Source of the DNA: Felis catus
Taxonomy: Eukaryota
Reading direction: 5' to 3'
Assembly (NCBI RefSeq): GCF_018350175.1
Contig: NC_058368.1
Span: forward strand, 116,686,001 to 116,750,000
Length of the DNA stretch: 64,000 nucleotides
The number at the start of each line of letters is the position of its first letter. Position 1 is the stretch's first letter. The notes beneath the pieces were generated by a model. That model saw only the letters and a list, made by a program, of their open reading frames with translations, had not been told where the DNA came from and ran no database searches. The position numbers and the translations under genes were made by a program. Below, one piece after another: positions 53,386 through 63,711 of the stretch.

Positions 53386-53608
53386 ACATTGCCTCCTCTT
53401 CTGAATATCATCTTCTTCATATGTTTGTTTGCCTTATAAGGATACATGTGATTGCACTTTAGGGCCTACCTAGGTAATCGAGGCTAAGCTCCTTCTCTCA
53501 GGACCCTAAGCTTAATCACATAATTTTCCATAGAAAGTAATATTTGCAGGTTCCAGGGATTAAGATGTGGGCATATCTTTTAGGGGAGTTGCCATTCAAC
53601 CCATTATA
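53386..53608. mobile_element. MLT1-type LTR, second half
   Basis: cttataaggatacatgtgattg...tttagggcctacctaggtaatc...caggttccagggattaagatgtgggcatatctt...attcaaccc continues the LTR begun at 49702. Confidence 0.8.
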
Positions 53609-54629
53609 ATAAGCTAAAAATCACAAGGTAATACAACAGACAGCTGAAATAAAACTCAAAGTACAATACATCAAGTAAATGTTAGAAGTTTGAGGGGAAG
53701 AGGAGGAGATAAACAGAACAAACTTCCCCCCGAAGAAGTAGAAAGTTTAAATGTGTGTGTATATAATATGTGTACATGTGTGTGTATACATATTTAAAGA
53801 CACTTGAGTATTTTTGTAGTGTGAGGAAAAGAAGCAAGTAAAGAAGGAGATTCTGAAGATGAGGCAGATTAAGAATGTAGATAAAGATGAAAAGTATGAA
53901 GGATAATGTTTTAAGAGGATAAGATTGGCTTTAAAAGTAGGGACCACTTTTCCTTAGTAGGCAATGAAAAAATAGAGAATATAAAGAAAAATGTTGATAT
54001 AAGAAGAGAGCCATTAAATTTATGTTTGATTACTTATCTCTCTGGGTAAATTATCTGAGAATGAAATGGTGGTAATGAGGCTGGGAATTTGAGAAGAGAA
54101 AGAAGAAAATCTAGAAGAATCTCTGTATGTAGGAGGAAAGAGTTATGAATTCATTTGAGAGCCCAATCAAGGTAAAGGTGAGAGTAAGCTTGTAGGGAAT
54201 ACAGAGATGATGGTGAAGTGGCATCCCTAAATGGAGAAGCTCAATAAGAGAGAAAATGAGTAGTTAGGCTGTGTATTGGAAGCTAAGGGAAATGTTAGAG
54301 GAATAATGTAAGTAGTTAAGTGCTTTTGGGGTGTCTGACATATTATAAATAGTTGATCATATAATCAAGGTTAGGTGGAAAGGAAAGGGAAACAGGATGG
54401 AGCTTGATAAACAAGAACAACAGAAAGAATCGAGGGACTGTTCCCACTATAAGAGTAAAGCTATGTTAATAAAAGTAATGGAACATGAGAGGAGGATGAG
54501 TTTAAGAGAATATCAAATACACTACCCAAATTTTCACAGATGAGCAAAAATACAAAAATGAACTCAACTATTGTTTCCTGCAGATTTGTGCATAGAACAG
54601 GCAAGATAATTGTTGGAGCTGTACTGCAT

Positions 54630-54851
54630 CTTTTTTTTTTAAATTTTAAAATGTTTATTTTTAAGAGAGAGTGAGAAAGAGTCACAGCGCAAGTGGGGGA
54701 AGAGCAGAGAGGGGGGAGACAGGATTGGAAGCAGGCTTCAGGCTCCAAGCTGTCAGCACAGAGCCAGACGTAGGGCTTGAAGTGGCGAACCGTGAGATCA
54801 TGATGTGATCTGAAGTTTGATTTTTAACCAACTGAGCCACTCAGGAGCCCC
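54630..54851 (-). mobile_element. CanSINE
   Basis: TSD ctgtactgcatcttt. Confidence 0.88.
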
Positions 54852-55747
54852 TGTACTGCATCTTTCATAGCCCTATTTCACCTGGAACTTTTTGGCTTGG
54901 TAAAGATAGTTGTAGCAGTAGGTAAATGTAAAATTTTCTTCCTTTCTTCCTTGCTAAAGATGTGTTAGCATCTGCCTGTTGATTTTTGGAGTATCAGTCA
55001 ATTTAAATGATAGTAAGTTTTTTTTTCCAGTGAAGGTGTGCAAGAGAACAGGGAAGTTTAGCTTATTTGTAGTAATCTAAATTCCATCAAATAGATAGGA
55101 TGCTACTTCTTGGCATGTTTTATACAAAGAGAAATTTAAAGCATTGTTATATTTTAATAGTCTAAATTATTGTGTTTATGCACAAGTGTGCTCCCATACA
55201 AACTCATACACACATTGACAGGACACTTCCTTTAAATACAAATATTGTATCCACATTTCACCGTCATATTTGGGGGAAGTTACAAATACAGTATATTTAT
55301 TTAAAATCTGGTATATCACTTATTAATATTTTTCACAATCATTTGTTTTCTTCTTATAATTGATTGTGTTTCCATTTTGAGTCAATGGCTGTTGTGTGAG
55401 CGGTTATAAATAAATATTATGGGAAAAAGATATTCCCAAACAAAACCCCCAAAACTAGGCAGAACTGGAAACTGATTTCCAAAAGTAAATGCCGAAACTT
55501 CCTCTTTCAAAATTCTGCATGAAAGTTTCTGCAAAAATTTATTTGTGGAAAAATGGAATTCATCGACAAATTTTCAACTAGCATCCAATAAAAAGAAGAA
55601 TGTAGTTATTTACTGTCTCTGGAAATAAAGACATTTAATCTTCAGTTGGGTATTTGCAGTGAAAAACTTCACGAAATGCAAAAAAAAACCCAACCCTACA
55701 TCAACGGAAAATAGGAATACTGAATCATGTTTACAGTTACAAATTCA

Positions 55748-55767
55748 TGCGCTTGGTGTCGCTCTTC
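55748..55767 (+). promoter_or_regulatory. CSE / pCBS of exon 8
   Basis: tGCGCTTGGTGTCGCTCttc, CGCT at 55760, 180 bp upstream of ATG 55940. Confidence 0.78.
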
Positions 55768-55939
55768 ACTGAGAACGTTTGCCTGAAGAACTTGCCTCCG
55801 CTTCTTCCGTCCTGCAGAAAATTTGGGAGATAGTGGAAAACCTCTAGTGAATCCTTCCCCAATAGAAGGCCGTGAGAATCAGTTTGCGGTAAGGTATTAC
55901 ATATACATTAAGCTATCTTTGAATCCTTTTGAGTGTACG

Positions 55940-58336
55940 ATGCTGTTTTCCTGGCGAGGAGGCCCGGGAGCCCTGAGTTTTCTCCAGTCGCTTCTGCTGC
56001 TCACAGCCTGGGAGGCTGGGAGCGGCCAGATCCACTACTCGGTGCTGGAAGAGGCCAAACACGGCACTTTCGTGGGCCGAATCGCACAGGACCTGGGGCT
56101 GGAGCTGGCAGAGCTGGTGCGACGCCAATTCCGGGTGGTGTCCAAAGGCCGCGGGGACCTACTGGAGGTAAATCTGCAGAATGGCATTTTGTTTGTGAAT
56201 GCTCGGATCGACCGGGAGGCGTTGTGCGGGCGGAACGCGGAGTGCAGCATCCACCTGGAGGTGATCGTGGACAGGCCGCTGCAGGTTTTCCATGTGGAGG
56301 TGGAGGTTAAAGATATTAACGACAACCCGCCTGTGTTCCCTGAAAGTAAGAAAAGAATAATCATTGCGGAATCTAGACCCCCAGAAACTCGGTTTCCACT
56401 AGATGGCGCATCCGATGCAGATATTGGAGTAAACTCAGCCTTGACCTACCGAATCGATCCCAACGACTATTTCGCTTTGGACACACAAAACAATCGTGAA
56501 CAAACGTCTTCGTTGTCACTTGTGTTGAGAAAATCATTGGACAGAGAGCAAATTCAGGAGCATAGTTTATTATTGACAGCCAATGATGGGGGTAAACCGG
56601 AGATGACCGGCACAGTTCAGCTGCTGATCGAAATTCTGGATGTGAATGACAATGCCCCAGAATTTGACCAATTCATTTATAAAGTGACGGTATTAGAGAA
56701 CGCATTTAATGGTACATTAGTGATCAAGCTAAATGCCACAGATCTTGATGATGGTGCGAATGGAGACATAAGCTACTCATTTAGAAGGCCTGTATCTCCT
56801 GCAGTGCTGAATGCATTTATCATAAATCCTAACAGTGGAGAAATTAGAACAAAGGGTAAACTAGATTTCGAAGAAAAGAAATTGTACGAAATATCGGTGG
56901 AGGCAATAGACAAGGGGAATATTCCAATGACAGGTCATTGTACCATTTTTGTAGAAGTACTAGATATAAACGATAATATCCCACATATTACCATCACTTC
57001 TCTGTCACTCCCGGTACGAGAGGATGTTCAGGTGGGCACTGTCATCGCCTTGATCAGCGTGTCCGACCGTGACTCTGGCGCCAACGGGCAGGTGACCTGC
57101 TCACTAACACCCCATGTCCCCTTCAAGCTGGTGTCCACCTTCAAGAATTACTATTCGCTGGTGCTGGACAGCGCCCTGGACCGCGAGAGCGTGTCGGATT
57201 ATGCTGTAGTGGTGACCGCACGGGACGGGGGCTCGCCTTCGCTGTCGGCCACGGCCAGCGTGTCCGTGGAAGTGGCCGACGTGAACGACAACGCGCCGAC
57301 ATTCGCGCAGGCCGAGTACACGGTGTTCGTGAAGGAGAACAACCCTCCCGGCTGCCACATCTTCACGGTGTCCGCGCGGGACGCGGACGCGCAGGAGAAC
57401 GCGCTGGTGTCCTACTCGCTGGTGGAGCGGCGGGTGGGCGAGCGTGCGCTGTCGAGCTACGTGTCGGTGCACGCGGAGAGCGGCAAGGTGTACGCGCTGC
57501 AGCCGCTGGACCACGAGGAGCTGGAGCTGCTGCAGTTCCAAGTGAGCGCGCGCGACGCGGGCGTGCCCCCGCTGGGCAGCAACGTGACGCTGCAGGTGTT
57601 CGTGCTGGACGAGAACGACAACGCGCCCGCGCTGCTGCCGCTGCCTGGGGCGGGCGGCGCGGGCGGCGCCGTGAGCGAGCTGGTGTGGCGGTCGGTGGGC
57701 GCGGGCCACGTGGTGGCGAAGGTGCGCGCGGTGGACGCGGACTCGGGCTACAACGCGTGGCTGTCGTACGAGCTGCAGCCGGCGGCGGGTGGCGCGCGCA
57801 GCCCGTTCCGCGTGGCGCTGTACACGGGCGAGATCAGCACGACGCGCAGCCTGGACGAGGCGGACTCGCCGCGCCAGCGCCTGCTGGTGCTGGTGAGGGA
57901 CCACGGCGAGCCGGCGCTGACGGCCACGGCCACCGTGCTGCTGTCGCTGGTGGAGAGCGGCCAGGCGCCCAAGGCCTCGTCGCGGGTGTTGGCGGGCGCC
58001 GCTGGCGCGGAGACGGCGCTGGTGGATGTCAACGTGTACCTGATCATCGCCATCTGCGCGGTGTCCAGCCTGCTGGTGCTCACGCTGCTGCTGTACGTGG
58101 CGCTGCGGTGCTCGGCGCCGCCCAGCGAGGGCGCGTGCGGGCCGGGGAAGCCCACGCTGGTGTGTTCCAGCGCGGTGGGGAGCTGGTCGTACTCGCAGCA
58201 GAGGCGGCAGAGGGTGTGCTCTGGGGAGGGTCCGCCCAAGACCGACCTCATGGCCTTTAGCCCCAGCCTTCCTCCGTGTCTGAGTTCTACAGAGGGAACA
58301 GGTGAAGGAGAAGCTGATTCAGAACGTTTGAAAGAG
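55940..58336 (+). CDS. PCDHA13: Protocadherin alpha variable exon, PCDHA13-like
   Basis: ATG 55940, donor GAG|GTGAGT after 58336 (799 codons). [23 protein letters not shown] and YSFRRPV resemble human A13. Confidence 0.9.
56396..56409 (+). promoter_or_regulatory. eCBS, exon 8
   Basis: CCACTAGATGGCGC, a strong CTCF core. Confidence 0.85.
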
Positions 58337-58582
58337 GTGAGTTCGTATTTAAAACTGTCTTACTATTTTAGCCTTATTCACACTTTTATCGTTTAAGATT
58401 CATTCTCAATTGTAAGATTATTCTTTAATTTTGCTCATGGTTATGGAATTTAATGAGTATTACTGACATAGTGGGTCGAATTATTTTTCAGGTAAGTTTT
58501 TAGTAAAAAGTCATGGTAAACTGCCCATAACGGTAATCATTTGTGGCGGTTTTTTGTATTACACAGGGTTTATAATTGTTTC

Positions 58583-60657
58583 CTTTTTTAATGTTTATTT
58601 ATTTTTGAGAGAGAGAGCGTGAGCGAGGGAGAGGCAGAAAGAGAGGGAGGGGCGGAGAGAGAGGGAGACAGAGGATCGGCAGTGGTGCTGAGATCGCAGA
58701 GCCTGATTCGGGGCTCAAACTCACGACCTGAGCTGAAGTAGACCACTTACCTGACTGAGCCATTCAGGCACCCGTATTATCATTTATTTTCTGTGTGAGC
58801 ATTTATAAGAGGGGCGCCTGGGTGGCGCAGTCGGTTAAGCGTCCGACTTCAGCCAGGTCACGATCTCGCGGTCCGTGAGTTCGAGCCCCGCGTCAGGCTC
58901 TGGGCTGATGGCTCAGAGCCTGGAGCCTGTTTCCGATTCTGTGTCTCCCTCTCTCTCTGCCCCTCCCCCGTTCATGCTCTGTCTCTCTCTGTCCCAAAAA
59001 TAAGTAAGAAACCACACCTTGTGAATACTTAAGCATTTAGAAGAGGTTTGTTTTAATGAGGCTAACCAGAATTTTAAAACTTAAATGTTTTTATAAAATT
59101 TATACATATGCCATTTTACGTGTTTTATTTTAAAGAGGGCATAACCTTTTACATAAATGTCCTTTAAAGGTGCATTTTTGTTTCTTTAAAAAAATTTTTT
59201 TTCCGGGGGCTCCTGGGTGGCTCAGTGGGTTAAGTGTCCGACTTTGGCTTTGGTCACGATCTCACAGTTCGTGGGTTGGAGGCCCGTGTTGGGCTCTATG
59301 CTGACAGCTTAGACCCTGGAGCCTGCTTCGGATTCTGTGTCTCCCCCTCTCTCTGTCCTTCCCCTGATCACATTCTGTCTGTCTCTCAAAAATAAATAAA
59401 CCTTAAAAAAAAATTTTAAAGGGGCGCCTGGGTGGCTTAGTTGGTTGGGCGTGCAACTTTGGCTCAGGTCATGATCTCAAAGTTTGTGAGTTTGAGCCCC
59501 CCCCAGCGGGCTCTGTGCTGACAGCTCAGAGCCTGGAGCCTGCTTTGGATTCTATGTCTCCCTCTCTCTCGGTCCCTTACCCACTGGCATTCTGTCTCTG
59601 TCTGTCTCAAAAATAAATAAACAAACAAACAAAAAAAAATTTTTTTTAAGTTTTTTTGGCTTGGTCCCTCCTCCTTTTCTTCTAGTCACATCACCATTCC
59701 TGTCAGGTATCCAATACAAACAGGCTTGTAATTTTCCTTTCACGTATTTATTTGCAGTCATTGGATTGCTACACATGTGCAAACATCCGGTGGCTCTTTG
59801 TTAGTGTTTATTTTAGCTTATTAGGATAGATAATGCATTTTACATTTCCTCAATCACCAATACCTTTGGAAATCCCCACATATCTAATACTTTTGTATGT
59901 TGTCAGACAAGTATCCAATTTCTTTTTTGTTTTTGTTTTTCTTATTTTTTAAAGTAAGCTCCACGGGGGTGCCTAGGTGGCTCAGTCGGTTAAGCGTCTG
60001 ACTTTGGCTCAGGTCATAATCTCACGGTTTGTGAGTTTGAGCCCTGCTCAGAGCCTGGAGCCTGCTTTGGATTCTGTGTCTCCTTCTCTCTCTGCCCCTC
60101 CCCCACTTGTGCTCTGTCTCTCTCTATTAAAAATAAATAAATGTAAAAATAAATTTAAAGTAGGCTCCACACCTAATGTGGAGCACAACATGCTGCGTGA
60201 ACTCACAATTGGATGCTTTAAACAACTGAGCCACCCACTTGCCCCATGATATTTTTAATAGCCGTGTAGTACCCCATAATACAGGGTGAATCATTGATAT
60301 ATATTCAGTTATTCACCTGTTGATGAGTATTTTGTTTCAAGTATTCATTAGCCCTCCGAAACCATGGTGTACTATTACTTACATGTTTCTTATTTATTTA
60401 TCAAAAACTTTACATTTATTTATTTTTATTTTTAATTTTTTAAAACATTTATTTAGGTTTGAGAGACAGAGCATAAGCAGGGGAGGGACAGAGAGAGAGG
60501 GAGACACAGAATCGGAAGTAGGCTCCAGGCTCTGAGCTGTCATCACAGAGCCCAACACAGGGCTCGAACTTACAAGCCATGAGATCATGACCTGAGCCAA
60601 AGTTGATGCTTAACCGACTGAGCCACCCAGGCGCCCCTACATTTATTTGTTTATTTT

Positions 60658-60693
<36 letters not shown>

Positions 60694-60857
60694 GCACGGG
60701 CCAGGGAGGGGCAGAGAGAGAGGGAGGGAGAGAATTCCAAGAGGCTCTGTGCTGTCTGGAGCCAGATGCTGGGCTCAATCTCACCAACCTTGAGATCATG
60801 ACTGGAGCCTAAATCAAGAGCGTGATGCTTAACCTACTGAGTCACCCAAGTACCCCT
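58583..60857. mobile_element. Dense CanSINE cluster: 58583-58773(-), 58811-59005(+, young), 59205-59415(+), 59421-59640(+), 59966-60150(+, nested in an older - SINE ending ~60245), 60421-60637(-), 60640-60857(-)
   Basis: Heads and tails read directly. TSDs aaagta(a/g)gctccac and tacatttattt show the nesting. Confidence 0.85.
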
Positions 60858-61469
60858 CATTTATATATTTCTAAAATATTGGTGGTTTCATTTCTGTGAA
60901 ATTCATTTTCAGGTGTGGAATTAACACATCAAAAGGTATTAATAATTTTAATTTTCAAATGTTTTGCTAGAGTACTTTTCAAGAATTTTGTAGTACTTTT
61001 AATTTCCACCAAGTTATGAGCAACCTCTTTTATCTCTAAAAGCAAAAGCAGTCTTACATTCTGCCAGTGTGATATCTCATTGTTACTTTAATTCTTACAT
61101 ACTACCAGTGAATTTCAGCCTACTGTCATTTATGTTTGGTTTTCTTTGATTTATCAATTAAATTCTTTTCCCATTTTTATTTGAAAAAAACGTTTTCAGT
61201 TTGAGAAAGTTCTTTTTAAAATATAGATATTAACTTTTATCTTCTACCTATATCACAAATATTTTTTCTCCTATACAACTTATATTGATGTAGTTATGTA
61301 TATTTTGCCATATAAAGGTGTTTTTTACATTTCTGAACTAAAATACATCTATTTTTCTTTTATGGATTTTACAGTCTCCATGTTTATTTAGGAAGATCTT
61401 AATTTTTATATGGAACATCCATTAATTAAATTAATTTAATAAACATTTATTTCTAATTTAAGTTAATTT

Positions 61470-61696
61470 GAAAAATTGAAGTATAATTGACATATAACAT
61501 TATACTCGTTTCAGATATACATATAATGGTTTGACATTTGTATATATTGGAAAATGATCACCACAATAAGTCTAGTTAACACACATCACCATACATAGTT
61601 GCAACTTTTTTTTCTTGTAATTAGAACTTTTCCTATGTACTCTTTTAGCAACTTTGTTTTTAATATTTATTTTGAGAGAGAGTGAGAGCAGGGGAG

Positions 61697-61727
<31 letters not shown>

Positions 61728-62070
61728 TGAGAGAGAGAATTCCAAGCCAGCTCCATGCTGTCAGTGCAGAGCCTGACTTGGGGCTCAAACTCACAAACTC
61801 AGATCATGACCTGAGATAAAATCAAGAGTTGTAGGCTTAACTGACTGAGCCACCCAGGCATCCCTAGCAACTTTCAAATATACAATTTAGTATTATTAAG
61901 TATAGTCACTGTACTGTACATTATGTCCCCAGAACTTATTTATTTTATAACCAGAAGTTTGTACCTCTTGCTCACCTTCAGTCATTTTGCCCACTCCCAC
62001 CCCCTGCAAATGGCAAACACCAATCCATTCTCTGTATAGTTTGGGTTTTTTTAAGGTTCTACACCAGTGA
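61470..62070 (-). mobile_element. Old L1 3' UTR (L1M-type), interrupted by a CanSINE at ~61655-61865
   Basis: aattgaagtataattgacatataacatt...atgatcaccacaataagtctagttaac. SINE TSD tagcaacttt. Confidence 0.75.
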
Positions 62071-62083
62071 GATCATTTTTCTT

Positions 62084-62449
62084 TTTTTCTTTTTTATTTA
62101 TTTTTTAAAATTTACATCCAAATTAGCAAATAGTGCAACAATGATTTCAGGAGTAGATTCCTTAGTGCCCCTTACCCATTTAGCCCATCCCCCTCCCACT
62201 ACCCCTCCATAAGCCTGTTTGTTCTCCAAATTTATGAGTCTCTTCTGTTTTGTCCCCCTCCGTTTTTATATTATTTTTGTTTCCCTTATGTTCATCTGTT
62301 TTGTCTCTTAAAGTTCTCATATGAGTGAAGTCAAAGGATTTTTGTCTTTCTCTGACTGACTAATTTCACTTAGCGTAATACTCTCCAGTTCTATCCACAT
62401 TGTTGCAAATGGCAAGATTTCATTCTTTTTGATTGCCAAGTAATACTCC

Positions 62450-62490
<41 letters not shown>

Positions 62491-62729
62491 CACATTTTCT
62501 TTATCCATTCATACATTATGGACATTTGGGCTCTTTCCATGCTTCAGCTATTGCTGATAGTGCTGCTATAAACATGGGGGTGCATGTGTCCCTTCGAAAC
62601 AGCACGCCTGTATCCCGTGGATAAATGCCTACTAGTGCAATTGCTGGGTTGTAGGGTAGATCTATTTTTAGTTTTTTGAGGAACCTCTATACTGTTTTCC
62701 AGAGCGGCTGCACCAGCTTGCATTCCCAT
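62084..62729 (-). mobile_element. Short 5'-truncated LINE-1 with an internal (TG)n
   Basis: Same 3' end as the L1 at 41369 (aaatttacatccaa). TSD agtgagatcatttttctt at 62066 and 62730. Confidence 0.9.
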
Positions 62730-62747
62730 AGTGAGATCATTTTTCTT

Positions 62748-62962
62748 TTTTTTTTTAATGTTTATTTATTTTTTTTAAGAGAGAGAGAGACGCAGAGCAT
62801 GAGTAGGGGAGGGGCAGAGAGAGAGAGGGAGACGTAGAATCCGAAGCAGGCTTCAGGGTCCAAGCTGTCAGCGCAGAGCCCAATGCGGGGTTTGAACTCA
62901 CAAACTGTGAGATCATGACCTGAGCTGAAGTCGGACGCCCAACCAACTGAGCCACTCAGGCA
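62748..62962 (-). mobile_element. CanSINE
   Basis: Flanked by tgagatcatttttctt at 62732 and 62974. Confidence 0.88.
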
Positions 62963-62989
62963 GTTGAGTGGCTTGAGATCATTTTTCTT

Positions 62990-63710
62990 AATGTAGTTAT
63001 TTATTGCTGTAAACTTACCTCTTAGCACTGCTTTTGCTGTATCCCCTAAGTTTTACTATGTTGTGTTTCCATTTTCACTTCTTTCAAAATATCTCTTATT
63101 TCCCTTTTGTTTCATCTTTGACCCACTGTTTTTAAGGAGTGTGTTGTTAAATTTCCAAGTATTTGTGAATTTTCCCATTTTCCTCTGGTTATCTACTTCT
63201 AGTTTCATATGATTATGGTCAGAAAAGATACTCTGTATGATTTTAGTCTTTTAAAATTTGCTGAGACTTACTTTGTGACCTAATACATGATCTATCCTGG
63301 AGAATGTTCCATGTGCTCTTGAGAGGACTGTGTATTCTGTTGAAGTTGGTGGGTATGTTCTATACATGTCTATTAAGTCCATTTGGTCTAGTTCAGTGTT
63401 TTCATACTGATTTTCTGTCTGGATGATCTCTCCATTGATGAAAGTTGGTGTACTGAAGTTCTCTGCTATTACTGTAATGTCATCTATTACTTCCTTCAGA
63501 TAAGTTAGTATTTGCTTTATATATTTATGTGCTGTGATGCTGGGTAGATATATAACAATTGTTATATTCTTTTGTTCACTTTTATCATGATATAATGACC
63601 TTTGTCTCCTGTTACGGTTTTTTACTTAAAGTCGGTTTTATCTGATATAAGTATAGCTACTCCTCTTCTCTCTTTTGGTTTCCATTTGCACAGAATATTT
63701 TTCCTTCTCT
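62990..63710 (-). mobile_element. Old L1 ORF2 endonuclease-region fragment
   Basis: LRGKFTAINNYIKK peptide. The sequence parallels the L1 segment at ~12500-13100. Confidence 0.82.
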
Positions 63711-63711
63711 T

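Noticed and set aside
1509..58260. Recurrent long alternative-frame and antisense ORFs (167 aa MRSVLGG..., 190-220 aa MAVGGRG..., 230-370 aa ...[10 protein letters not shown]...) in the exons
   Set aside because: Expected shadows of an extremely GC3-rich coding block with few off-frame stops. They recur because the DNA is homogenised, their starts and ends vary between copies, and some are broken by a single synonymous change (e.g. A7986 in exon 2).
246..58336. Idea that the array is a DNA-rearranging (V(D)J-like) or CRISPR-like cassette system
   Set aside because: No recombination signal sequences or short repeat-spacer structure were seen. Each unit has its own promoter motif and splice donor, which fits the known promoter-choice plus cis-splicing mechanism.
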